Shown: piece by piece, positions 37,373-50,406 of the stretch
How positions within the stretch are numbered: the first letter of the stretch is position 1
How the letters are laid out: every line of letters begins with the position of its first letter
From: Octopus sinensis
Lineage: Eukaryota
DNA: 64,000 nucleotides
Direction: 5' to 3'
Assembly: GCF_006345805.1 (NCBI RefSeq)
Contig: NC_043001.1
Span: 10,478,001-10,542,000, forward strand
Program-made: the position numbers and the translations under genes
The notes under the pieces: generated by a model
The model's database searches: none
The model's input: the letters and a program-made list of their open reading frames with translations, nothing else
Told to the model about the DNA's origin: nothing

Positions 37373-38531
37373 TTTGGAACAAATACCATGGAGATGGAAC
37401 AAATACCATGAAGCATTTCGTCTGATATTCTAACACCTCTGCCAATATTTCTGGGTGTGTATCTGTCTCCAAATATGAATACCCAACCTATTCCCTCTAC
37501 CATAAGAGAAGTAACTTGTGGCATGCTTGTTCCCTTGGGAATGCATTAAAAAAGTTAATTTCTGAAAATTTTACCTGTATTTTGATATTTATATTTTTTC
37601 CGCTTCTTGACATAAGCAGTTGTGGTAGTGGTGGTAGTAATAGTAGTCGTAGAAAAAGGCGAAATTTCAAACGAAATATTTAGCATCTCATGTTCATGAA
37701 ATAGAAACCTATTGTGAGTTCTCTTGTTGTTTCATCTTTGTGAGGACTGATAAAATAATTTGCTATTATAACCCACTAAGTTTGGTCAATTATACAGGAG
37801 AGATGAGGAAAGAAATAGTGAAATATTGATAACTTTGGAATATCAGCCTTCTGGAATCTGTTTTGATGCATCTCTATTATGGGTTGATCAAAGAGTAGGG
37901 AAAAAAAACCTCATGAAACTGAAGCCTTGTGCATTTACACACACACAAACACATGCAGTTAATAACGGTCTTCTGAATACCTTATTGATCATTTCAGCAG
38001 TATAATTAAGGTTGGGCATTCAGTCTAGTTTCTCTTTCATTTCTTTGGTGAATGAAAAATTAATATTTAGTACATTTACTCAAACACTCAGAGACCGGGA
38101 AAATATCATGTGTGTATGTGTGTCATTTTTATATGACAGGTAACTCACCTTTTCCCAGCGCATTCCTCTACAGTCAGAAAACAAACAATTTAGTTAAACA
38201 TTTCATGCAGTGTATGTGTTGATGAATGTTCATTTCATTTAGATTGCAATCTTAATCAACTGACAGCCTAAGGCTCTGGCTTTACATTACTACATGAAGT
38301 ATGTTTACTGAATTAAAATTCTCTGTGCATAGATCTCATCAAGATCAAAACTCTCAGAGCTGCCTGCGAAATTGAACCTTTTGTCAGATATAAGCTCATT
38401 ATACAAGATAGAAGCTTCGAATTGAAAAAAAAAAACAACATATTGGTTCTTCAATAAAAAAAAGGAAATAAATTCATTCTAAAGGAAATTAAAATAAGAT
38501 TTAACTAAGATAAATGGTCCCTATCTTGTGA

Positions 38532-38805
38532 GAAGCTTACTTCTCAACTGTATGGCTCCAGGTTCAGTCCCACTGCATGGCGTTTGGGGTAAGTGTTTCT
38601 ACTATAAACTCAGGGCAACCAAAGTCTTCAGAGTGGATTTGGTAGACAGAAACTGAAAGAAGTTAATCATGTGTGCGTGTGTCTGTTTGTCCTCCACCAC
38701 TGTTTGATAACCAGTGTTGGTGTGTTTATGTCCCCACTTAGCAGTTCAGTAAAAGACACTGATAGAATAAGTACCAGGTATAAAAAGGGAAAAAATTCCT
38801 GGGTT
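38532..38805 (+). mobile_element. SINE type 2, diverged and 3'-truncated
   Basis: ggttcagtcccactgc ... ggatttggtagacagaaactgaaagaag ... gatagaataagtac. Confidence 0.8.
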
Positions 38806-38812
38806 TATTCTG

Positions 38813-39218
38813 TTTTACTCTTTTACTTGTTTCAGTCATTTGACTGTGTCCATGCTGGAGCACCGCCTTTAGTCAAGCAAATCGACCCCAGGACTTATTC
38901 TTTGTAAGCCTAGTACTTATTCTATCAGTCTCTTTTGCCGAACCGCTAAGTTACAGGGACGTAAACACACCAGCATCAGTTGTCAAGCGATGTTGGGGGG
39001 ACAAACAGACACACAAACATATACACACACATATATATATATATATACATATATACGACGGGCTTCTTTCAGTTTCCATCTACCAAATCCACTCACAAGG
39101 CATTGGTCAGCCCGAGGCTATAGTAGAAGACACTTGCCCAAGGTGCCACGCAATGGGAATGAACTTGGAACCATGTGGTTGGTAAGCAAGCTACTTACCA
39201 CACAGCCACTCCTATGCC
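38813..39218 (-). mobile_element. SINE type 2
   Basis: Full-length reverse copy lying tail-to-tail with 38532-38805. Confidence 0.9.
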
Positions 39219-39892
39219 TATTCGAGTAAAATTCTTCAAAGTGGTGTTCCAGCATGGGCAGAGTCTAATGAGAGAACCCAGTAAAAGCCTAAAAGTATGT
39301 TTCTTTTTGACAGAGATAAACATCATTTTCATCCTTAAACATAGCTGCTGTTGCCCAACATCTCAAGTCAGCCCTGACTAAACAGACCTATGGTCAAAGG
39401 CGATTCAGCTGTGACAGTTCTGTCCTTTTGTATGATTAGAACCACAGTGGTCAGTGTATCCTTGTTTATTTAAGGCAATAGGGTGTAATTTAATTAACAT
39501 TCAACTGCTATTTCTTTCAAGCCAATCAACCATGTAGAGGCTTCCTCAATTACTGCTAAAAGCACTTTCATATTCTACTGTTCTTTCTATCGCTTCTAGA
39601 GTTTGTTCAAGTAAAGCAGTATTCAAATTAGGCACATGGTTTGAAACCTGACACTCTTCCACTAAACAACAGCCTTTATTCAGCTTCAGTAACATTCATG
39701 TCTGATTGAGTCTCTTTGATTAGAAGGAATCCTTTTATTTGTAATACTTTGTTTATTCTAAGCAAGGCCTAGCAATGAATTTGCTCTGCACATTGTCCTA
39801 CACTCTGATAAGTAAGCAGCTTAGCCAAGCAGTAGAATGTATTTTTCCCAAAGATACATTATTTCAGTTGTAATTCTGTTGACATTATTTTA

Positions 39893-39924
<32 letters not shown>

Positions 39925-41244
39925 TAAAAAGGGAAGGAGGCTGGCTTAATCAGTGGTGCTTTGGCTCCTTTGATGTTCGAACTCTGAACTCTGCCATGGT
40001 TACTTTTGCTTTTCATTCTTCCAGGTTGTTGTTTATCCCAAGGTGAGCCCTTGTCAAGCAGATCCAAGATCAGAGGTGTCTCTTTGTACATCTTTAAATG
40101 CTTTGTCCTTCCTTTGACCTGAAGATTTGGTTACTATTTTTAGCAGGCTGAGTGACCATATTGAGACTCCGAACCCTCCTGAGAAGGAGCTTCTTTGTTA
40201 AATTCTGTATTTGCTCTAATCAATAATCTTTTTCACCAAAAGTGTTGTCCTTATTCTAATTTAGAAATTAGGTACCAGATGCAACAACCAAGATAACACT
40301 TACCATGAGCAATAAATTCTTGTTGTACTCAATCAAGTTCTAGTTAATACCATCAGCTGCTGACCTTAGCACTAATAATTCAAAAATACCTTTAAAATTT
40401 TAAAAATTATTCTTGTTGCTATTTGTGTTTGAAAACAATTTGAATGAATTGTTATCAACAGATTCATATTCTGTTCAGAAATTAGTTGGCTTGAATGCCA
40501 TACCCATGAACCAAGGGCTATCTCTTGATTCTACAATGTGTGTTAACATCATTAACCTATTCCAGTGTTCCAGACACAGTGAATACAGAAGATGTGAAAA
40601 TCTTAACTTAGTTCTTTGGATAATGATCTTATTAAAGAAGCCGTATTTTTTAGCCGTAATTCAGATAGTTTCTGCTTGTAGTATATACCTCAGCAGCCTT
40701 CACTTAATATAATTATTATCCAATTTACCTATGCTTTACAAATCTCTTAGTCTTTTTTTTTTCTCTACTAAACTCTATTCACTGCTCTCTATACCCAGTC
40801 AGAGCAATAATCTCATCAGTTGTAAACAATCTGCATCTTTGTGTTGTAAACAAACTATGATGAAAGTGTTTGGCTGGAGTTAAGCTTCATGGTTAGAAAA
40901 CTGGAGAGAAAAAAATCCTCTCAACGATGTTGTCTGTAAGCAGACATTTGTAAACAGCCTAATTCTCCACTGACAACTTATCTTCATTTAGATTAACTGA
41001 TCTAGTTTTAGTTTCATCTGATTTTAACCCAGGGTTTTGTTATGCAGTGTGAGTGGATTAAACACTGATGGTTATAGGATAGATAATATAATCCTTGACA
41101 TTTGACCTGGAAAAAAGAAAAACTGGATCACCGACGTTGGAATACCATTCGCCATATTCAATCCGTCTATACAACAATTATATACTTTCAGTACCGTGTT
41201 CATGGCATTAGTACTTTCCACTGAATCACAAGTACCAAAATTAA

Positions 41245-41465
41245 CCCTTTAGTGTTCGCATTATTCTGCCATAATTAAATCTTTTTCATCCACATTGTTT
41301 TGAACTAATCATGCATTATCTTGTAGCTATGAGATTTTGATGAGGTAGCTGTTAATTTTTAAAACGATATTGTAGGGTTGGTGTGAGAGACCAGATCTGG
41401 CCAGTTTGACCATAAAACAGACAGAATACTTTTGGCCGGATATGGCCGGTTTAAATGCTAAAGGG
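41245..41465. mobile_element. piggyBac-type MITE, second family, opposite orientation to 4091
   Basis: TTAA|ccctttagtgtt ... aatgctaaaggg|TTAA. The interior is the reverse complement of 4091-4307. Confidence 0.85.
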
Positions 41466-41837
41466 TTAAAAGCACTTTGTTCTTGAAAAACAACTTTCTC
41501 TATCCAAACCCGTAATATTCTTTACTATAGAACATGCTTACATACAAATATACCACCTCCCTGATAGGCAAATTTTCATTACACCCTACAACCACTAGAT
41601 CATCAAACCATTGAAAGGGAAGCCTATATGCAGTTCCTAAATTTGCTAGAAATAGCTGCCAAATATCCTCCAAGTCACACTCCGCTGCCTTAGTAAAGGA
41701 AGGGCATTCTAGATGCCCACTATATGTAAAAAAAAATGGAATAATTACAGCTGATGTGCTTTTGGCCATAGGTCTGTCTATCGTCACTGGCAACATCATT
41801 GCTATTATGATAAACTATCGTATGTCCAAATTTGGCC

Positions 41838-42238
41838 ACTCTTTTACTTGTTTCAGTCATTTGACTGCGGCCATGCTGGAGCACCGCCTTTAGTCGAGCA
41901 AATCGACCCAGGACATATTCTTTGTAAGCCCAGTACTTTATTCTATCAATCTCTTTTGCCGAACTGCTAAGTGACGGGGATGTAAACACACTAGCATTGG
42001 TTGTCAAGCAATGCTAGGGGAACAAACACAGACACACAAACACACACACATACATACATATATATATATACATATATACGACGGGCTTCTTTCAGTTTCC
42101 GTCTACCAAATCCACTCACAAGGCATTGGTCGGCCCGGGGCTATAGCAGAAGACACTTGCCCAAGGTGCCACACAGTGGGACTGAACCCGGAACCATGTG
42201 GCTGTTTAGCTAGCTACTAACCACACAGCCACTCCTGC
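41838..42238 (-). mobile_element. SINE type 2
   Basis: Full-length reverse copy. Confidence 0.9.
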
Positions 42239-42548
42239 CACTCAAACATTTTTTTTTTTTTTTAATATTTAATTTTGCTTGCAATAGCCAGTTCTTTTGG
42301 TCAAACTATTGTATCTCCAGCTGTTTTACATGAAAATTGTCAAAGTGTAGTACAATAGTTTAGCATTTCCCCAAAATATAATAAGTCCCACATACAACAG
42401 TTTTGCAACAATATTTTTCACTGAAAATATCACACATGCATGGAGTCACGATTTTATGCACCCAACAAAGTATTATTGTTAAGCTGAAACCGTTGCTAAT
42501 GTAAAAAGAAATGGAATGGGGAAACTATTTTTTTCATATATATATATA

Positions 42549-42707
42549 AGTGGCTGTGTGGTAAATAGCTTGCTTACCAACCACATAGTTCCGGGTTCAG
42601 TCTCACTGCATGGCACCTTGGGCAAGTGTCTCCTACTATTGCGTTGGGCCAACCAAAGCCTTGTGAGTGGATTTGGTAGACGGAAACTGAAAGGAGCCCA
42701 TCGTATG

Positions 42708-42740
<33 letters not shown>

Positions 42741-42950
42741 TTGTGTGTTTGTGTTTGTCCCCCCCCCAACATCGCTTGGCAACCGATGGTGGTGTGTTTA
42801 CGTGCCAGTAACTTAGCAGTTCAGTAAAAGACCGATAGAATAAATACTAGGCTTACAAAGAATAAGTCCTGGGGTCGATTTGCTTGACTATACAGATGGT
42901 GCTTCAGCATGGCCGCAGTCAAATGACTGAAACATGCAAAAGAGTAAAAG
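42549..42950 (+). mobile_element. SINE type 2
   Basis: Forward copy, head-to-head with 41838-42238. Confidence 0.9.
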
Positions 42951-43375
42951 AGAGAGGAATATATATATATCTGCCTACTCCAACAGAATCTACTAATCTT
43001 GGCTCACCCTTTTTATATTTTCCCTTAATTTTAAACCCATCTTGTCTCATTTCCTTCCATTGTATCAAACCCTGCCCAAAAATCTATGATTAATATTATT
43101 TCTCAATCCCTACCTTTTTTTATTCTCGGAAGTGTTCTGATATTTCCTGTAAGTAGAATGCATTCACCATTAGAATGAACTAAAACAGCCTTGAGTTTCT
43201 TTCTCTCTTCAACACAGACTTGAGATTTTTACTCTATCATAAGCCCTAGGACTTACGGCTGGAACTTGACTTTGTTTCCATGGTGTAAAAATGACAGGTT
43301 ATATCCACCTACCCCAGAATGAGATGCTGTTCATCACACAGTTAACCACCCAGCTATTGCTATCACTCATTTACC

Positions 43376-43899
43376 TATTTCTTTACTACCCACAGGGGGC
43401 TAAACACAGAGGGGACAAACAAGGACAGACAAATGGATTAAGTCAATTACATCGACCCCAGTGCATAATCATCATCATCGTTTAACGTCCGCTTTCCATG
43501 CTAGCATGGGTTGGACGGTTCAACTGGGGTCTGGGAAGCCCGAAGGCTGAACCAGGCCAGTCAGATCTGGCAGTGTTTCTACAGCTGGATGCCCTTCCTA
43601 ACGCCAACCACTCCGTGAGTGTAGTGGGTGCTTTTTATGTGCCACCGACATAGGTACCAGACGAGGCTGGCGAACAGCCACGCTCGGACGGTGTTTTTTA
43701 TGTGCCACCGACACAGGTGCCAGACGAGGCTGGCAAACGGCCATGCTCGGATGGTGTTCCATTGATGTTCATCGATTTTGATTTGATTTGATTAATTGAC
43801 CCCAAAAGGAGGAAAGGCAAAGTCGACCTCGGTGGAATTCGAACTCAGAACGTAGCTTAGCATTTCGCCCAGCCTGCTAACGTGTCTGCCAGCTCGCCA
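43376..43899 (-). mobile_element. SINE type 3b monomer, 16-bp TSD, interrupted by an RTE-tailed element
   Basis: ctatcactcatttacc at 43360-43375 and 43900-43915. Insertion at about 43467-43793. Confidence 0.9.
43467..43793 (-). mobile_element. RTE-tailed non-autonomous element with (ATCAA)n 5' terminus, nested in a SINE
   Basis: (ATC)n tail at the left end and gattttgatttgatttgatt at the right end. Confidence 0.85.
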
Positions 43900-46800
43900 C
43901 TATCACTCATTTACCACTGGCTGGAATAGAGCAATGCAAGACAAAGTGCTCTTTGGTGCAAGACCACAATAAACTGTCTGGTCTGGTCTGATCTGGTCTG
44001 GAAATTGAAACCAAGATCTTTATGATTGCGAATTCAGCAGCCTAACCACTAAGCCACAAGCTCTTACTTTCAAGATAAAAATGAAAAAGGAAACAAAACA
44101 ATTTACAAATTTACCGATAGCCTTAAGAATCTGTTTGTAAAGAAAGAAAATGATGGGTTAACATTTATGTCACAGTTGTAACTCGGTCATCAAATTGAAA
44201 GATGGTGTTATCTATCATTTGTGTCATTTGCATGGTTTTCGGTTCAGAATATATAGATTCTGATTCAAGGAAGTAAGAATATCATTGACATCCAAACTAG
44301 CCATTGTTTCTGAAAATATCAAATTATATTTCCTTTTGTCATTTCTTTAAAAGCCATTGATTTTTGGGTTTTGTTTTTTTTTTTTTGTTTGTTGTTCATT
44401 TTATTTTGTTTTGCTTTATTTGTATGACAGTAAAGTACTGGTGTTGAATAGCCAGAACTGAGAAACACAAGAATTCACCTCTGTCCATGGTACACAAACC
44501 TAATCAATTTTACATCAACTGATATTTGCTCGTGCCGACCACTCAGACTTTGGACTAAGCTTATTCCTTTCTTTGCAAAGAACAGAGTTGTTTCTGTCTT
44601 ATTTCACAGTTCTTTCTTTAGTTTCATCCTATTAGATATAGAATTCAAGTGTATATATGCTCAGAATGACAGATGCAAAGAATTCTTTCTTAATTGAAAT
44701 TTTCCTCTTAGTTGGAGAAAGAAAACGTAACCCCTGTGCCATTCACGAGTGAATGGCAAAAAAAAGGTTAGTTTCAATAGATTAAGAATTAATTTTAAAA
44801 ACTCTCCATGGGGTTAGAAAATATCTAAATCTTCTAAGTGGAGATGGTGACAGCATCAGACATGTTCCAACTTATTGAAACTCACCAGTGCAAGAGAGAG
44901 GACTATTCATTTGATAAATAAACATAGGTTTTTTTACTTTTAGAAAAAAGCACTACAAATAATTTTTGCCTGCAGTAATTTGCAGGAGTGGATAAACAAA
45001 ATTAAGGTAATGGAAATAACTTAAATAAACCAGAAGCAGGGATTGAATTGAATGGAATATGTATGGATCTACTCTGATAGTTCTTAATGAATTGGAATTT
45101 CCTTCATAGCTGGAGAAAGGAAATAGAACCTTGTGGCAATCATTAGTGATTTGCAAAGAAGACTTTGAGGAAATTTCAATAAATTAAGAAAAGAAAAAAC
45201 CTTCTATATTTATCCTGTTGATTTGTCATCTATGCTTCCCTAATAAGGTCCAATAAGACCAAAGCATGCCCAGTGTTGACACCATCTTTACTAAGAAGGG
45301 CATGATTTTTCCTTAACCCTTTGGCATTTAGTCCAGCCTGACAAGATCCTATACCCCACAATGTCATTCTAAAAATATACAAACACTATTAAAATTTTGA
45401 AGCAACAAGATAATGTGTAATTAATTCAGAATATTGTGGGTAAATAAGCAATACATTTGACAAAGAAACCTGAATGCTGCAGGTTACAAGAATTTAACTT
45501 TTTCAATTGCTTTTTAATTTATTAAAATAATGTTCTTTTTTCTTTTTTAGCCACTAGCAAATGAATCCCATGAGTTTTCCGTTCTCTAACTAAAAGGAAA
45601 ATTTCAGTACATTTAGACATCATTAATTTACCTCAATTCTGTGCCATTGGTTCAAACCAGTCATTTCCATTAAGTCAATTGTATACTTTGTTACACTAAT
45701 TACTACCAGGAAAATTTATTCATAACCATTTCTCTATAGGAGGTATTTAGTAACAGAGTTGTAGTGCCACCCTGGCCATTTTTGAGGTTAGTATATCATT
45801 TTCTTGATCTAGACATCTAGAATCCAAAACAGTTGGGCAGAAGAACCAGTGAGGTTTGCAATAAGGTCAAAAATCCAGCTGAAAAATATTGTACCTCGAT
45901 ACTATTGACACAACACTCACTCCCCCAAACTCAGACCAGAGAGTTTAGTAACACACCATCATAAGTACACATACTCAATCAATAACTTCAGTGTGGTCCC
46001 TGTATCTTTTCCGAGGTGTTATGGCTCATTTTCTAATATTCCTCATTACCATCATAATCATAATGGGCTATTATCTTACTATATTGTGTTAAAGATACTA
46101 ACCTTGGTATATTAAAACACAAGCAATACCTTTGGGTGGGGTCTCTGTATGTATTTTTCTAGGTATTACAGCTAAAATATGCAATACGATACACTGTGTT
46201 TCGTAGTACCAGTATATTCTACCAGGTGAGAAAGATACAGTCATTCTTTCATCTTTCAGATACATAAATAATTTTACATAGGTGAAATGATTAGAGGAGG
46301 TCTTCATGATCCTTTTAAGCCCAAAACCAGCTACCTAACTTCATTCCTTACCAAGATATCGTATTGTGAAAGTCCTGAAACTTTGGGTTTTTCTCGATTT
46401 TTAAGTTGCAGCGCTTACGACGGTCGGTTACTAAATGCCTCATATCCAAGAACTCTGTTTTATTGACCAAGCATGTTTGTATCAGCCATACCTTGCTCAT
46501 TAAGCTACACCATATTCCTTACTCGCATACAGAATTGTGTTCAAGTAAGGAATGTGGTGCAGCTTCTGTAGGTCTGGTATTAAGTTAAAGCAAACTTTAA
46601 ATTAACCCAAGATGTCAGGATTGTTCTAAATTTAAGATAGAGACTCCATGTTTAATTATGTCAGTAAAACTCACACATGGTAATGGTTCCCACACATTTA
46701 CATGGCAGCTATACACACATGTATGTGTATTCATCCGTGAAATACACTACACACACTCCTGTAACACTTGCTGTTATGCTTCTTTACTCATTTAATCTCA

Positions 46801-48198
46801 TATCCATTCTCAGGCGACATGTGCACTTTGATACACATCTTTCTCTCCTTCTTCCTCTCTCTGTCTTCCTCTCTCTCTCCTTCTTTCTCTTTCTCTCACA
46901 TACACAGTCTTTCAAACAGTTTTATTGTTTGTTTTGCATCTATTCCTCCCCGATGCTTACTCTTTCTCACCATCCAAGATAAACATGCAAAAAAATAAGC
47001 TACATTCCTCTAATTAAGCAACTCGTCTTCTGTCCTTAATAATTCTTAGTCTTCTTGCTGAAAATTGTTTCTAATTAACTTTGAAATATCTTTTGATTAT
47101 TGAGCTGTGCAGACAATTAGAATTTTCCCTGCTGCTTTGGCTACCAGTTACTTTAATATTTCATGAAATAAGATAAAGCTAAATAACAAAACAAAAAAAA
47201 AAAAGCTGTTTTCATATTTTTTCTAGTTTTACAAATAAAAGATTAACTCCTTACACAATTTAATTTTATTTTATAAATGCATATTTCACACCAAACTAGC
47301 TCCACTGATGTCATTTTCAGTCAGGTGTCATGTTACAAATTAGATGTTATCAGTTAAATGAAGTTAGTAAGCTCATAAAACTACATTTTCTCTCATTAGG
47401 ATGTGTTAAAAACTCAATATCTTCAGAATTTTAAATACAAATGTTGTTGCATCAGGTTCATTTGTTCATTTATTTTGTGTTTTTTTTTTTCGTGTGTTTT
47501 TTTTTTTAATAATTCCTTGTTGGTATACTGTGTGGGTGAAGGTGATCTCATGCAAGATGGTAAAAATTCATCAGTTGAAACAAAATAAATTATAACATAT
47601 GAAATAAATTATAACATGTTTGAACTACAAAAAAAAAAAAGAAAAGTAGCAATGAAATTTTATTTGAATTTAGTATAAATTTTATTATTCATATTGATTT
47701 CTTTCTTTTTATTTTAATAGTCCTTGAATTTTTTCCTCTGTATCAGTAAATTTTCATAATTCCTTCTTGAGAGTAAGAATACAAAAACCTTCATATCCAA
47801 AGTATAAATGAGAAACGAAAAATGTAACCTGAAAATGTATTTCATTATCCAAGTCATAATTCAACTTCATACCTTCAAAAGTTAATTTTGTTTTTATTGG
47901 TATCCATTTTTTATAAAGAAATAAGTATATATTTATATTTTCCTTTCCAAATTAACCCAGAGTAAAAACAGCAAATATCAGCTGATTATTGCTACAAGAA
48001 TCTTATTAAATGTGTCTCCTATTTATACTGTTGGTGGTAGGTTTTGTATTCTTACAATCGTTCAACTTGTATTAACCATCAGACTTCTTTTGCTACTGCT
48101 AATTAATGTGTAGAGTTTCTGAGGAGTGGGTTTAAGTTCATCAGTGTACTATATATGCATGAGAGAATCTTTAGTACAGTTATGCTGTACCGTTGTAG

Positions 48199-48270
48199 GA
48201 CACCTTGAGTGGTATGCCCTTCACAGCTCCAACCATAGTGGAACAAATGAGACGATACCTAGACAACGAG
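48199..48270 (+). CDS. Candidate downstream (cytoplasmic-tail or cassette) exon, unconfirmed
   Basis: gttgtag| acceptor and cgag|gtaatt donor, 72 nt. Open in the phase-1 frame (RHLEWYALHSSNHSGTNETIPRQR) and the phase-0 frame (DTLSGMPFTAPTIVEQMRRYLDNE). Not a recognisable repeat, and no recognisable homology. Confidence 0.2.
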
Positions 48271-49150
48271 GTAATTATAGATACGTGCCAACCTTATATC
48301 AGCTGGTTGAAAGAAACTTTACCCCAGTGCAGCCTGTAGAGAGCTGTTTGTATGTTGTTTTTTTTTTTTCTGTATTATTAATTTTATTACAATTGTCTCT
48401 ATTTGATTTTGTATTTCAATACAAAACTAAAATAAATTTCGTTTTCATCATCTTTTTATTAAAGTATTGACAACTGAAATTTCTACATCCAAATTTGTCA
48501 CTTTTCATTTAATTTTATTTCTATTAATTTGATGTAAAGCCTATAGCCAAGCAAAAAAATTTAAATATAGTAAATAAGGTTAGATTTTAACTTAATAGCA
48601 ACTCTTAGCATTTAGCTAACCAACATATTTTGACAGCACACGGTTTGACTGATTCTACTATTCCAGCATTTCTATGAGTCTATAATTCCAGATATTACAT
48701 TTCGACTTTCTAGCAATGTATCTTTAAAAACAATATTCTCAGTGTTGTTTTACCTGACATTTGCCATTTTCTGCTTATATGAATTATATCTAAACATAGA
48801 TAATACTCTCGTGTGTATCTATAAACCCTGATTCAGTTTGAGAAACTCGAAGTGTGTCTAAAATTCAAAGCAGATATGTTAATTATGAAACAGAAGTATT
48901 ATTAGACTTTCATGTGTTGACAATTTCATTTATTAATCAAATTAGTTTTGTTCTTCTTCCTTCCTAAGTTAATTCTTTAGCAATACTAGTGTGTCTCAGA
49001 AATTATTGCTTCAACTTATGCCAGTCAGGTTCTGTATCCTCCTTATAACACTTTCTGTTATGGCATCTTTTTGTCTTTCACAGAGATGAGATTTATTATT
49101 GAGTGCAAACGCTAACTTTGGAAATTATAGTTACAGATATTTAAACAAAC

Positions 49151-49550
49151 AGGCACAGGAGTGGCTGTGTGGTAAGTAGCTTGCTTACCAACCACATGGT
49201 TCTGGGTTCAGTCCCACTGTGTGGCACCTTGGGCAAGTGTCTTCTACTATAGCCTCGGGCTGACCAAAGCCTTGTGAGTGGATTTGGTAGACGGAAACTG
49301 AAAGAAGCCCGTCCTATATATGTATATGTATATATATATATATGCGTGTGTGTGTCTGTGTTTTTCCCCTGAACATCGCTTGACAACCGATGCTGGTGTG
49401 TTTACGTCCCCGTAACTTAGTGGTTCGGCAAAAGAGACCGATAGAATAAGTACTAGGCTTACAAAGAATAATTTCTGGGGTCGGTTTGTTTGACTAAAGG
49501 TGTTGCTCCAGCATGGCCGCAGTCAAATGACTGAAACAAGTGAAAGGGTA
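49151..49550 (+). mobile_element. SINE type 2
   Basis: Matches 14406-14820. Confidence 0.9.
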
Positions 49551-50025
49551 AACAATACATATGTGAAGTATTTGTAGTCATCATAAATAGTCCTAGGCCT
49601 TAAACTGGGGCAAGTGGCTGTGCTTTTGATATTTATGAAGCCTTCTTTCGCACTCTTGTATAAAGTATAATGTGTATGATCCATGCAAGCCTGATAAAAT
49701 GGATGTAAAACGAAATGAATGATACATATACATGTTTTGTGTATGTGCACACAGATGTACATCTGCAATCTGCATGTCTTTGAATGTATCTCCTGTTAGT
49801 AATATATTTGTTTTAGTGCTGGTCTTTTTAATTTGTGAAGTCCTAAGTAAAGGATTGCAACAACAATACCATCCAACTGTAAAAGAAACCATTTCAATAA
49901 GTCATCCGCTCCATGCCAGCATGGAAAAGCAGAAGTAAAAATCAGTTACACACACATACGGAAGCACACCATGTTCATACACATGCACAAAATGCTATAT
50001 TCTTGAAATACTTCATGTTTGCATT

Positions 50026-50406
50026 GGAAGCACTCCGTCGGTTACGACAACGGGGGTTCCGGTTGATCTGATCAACGGAACAGACTGCTCGTGAAATTAA
50101 TGTGTAAGTGGCTGAGCACTCCACAGACACGTGTACCCTTAACGTAGTTCTCAGGGATATTCAGCGTGACACAGAGAGTGACAAGGCCAGCCCTTTGAAA
50201 TACAGGTACAACAGAAACAGGAAGTAAGAGTGAGAGAAAGTTATGGTGAAAGAGTACAGCAGGGATCACCACCATCCCCTGCCGGAGCCTCGTGGAGCTT
50301 TTAGGTGTTTTCGCTCAATAAACACTCACAACGCCCGGTGTGGGAATCGAAGCCGCGATCCTACGACCGCGAGTCCGCTGCCGTAACCACTGGGCCATTG
50401 TGCCTC
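50026..50406 (-). mobile_element. tRNA-headed SINE type 4 with 12-bp TSD
   Basis: Head gaggcacaatggcccagtggtta (reverse complement). catgtttgcatt at 50014-50025 and 50407-50418. A 20-bp tandem duplication follows at 50407-50446. Confidence 0.9.

Noticed and set aside
38121-38145. Possible recursive splice site (ttttt...cag|gtaact); similar sites at 30810-30825 and 61715-61732
   Set aside because: AG-GT juxtapositions are expected by chance at this base composition. This cannot be supported without saw-tooth nascent RNA coverage.
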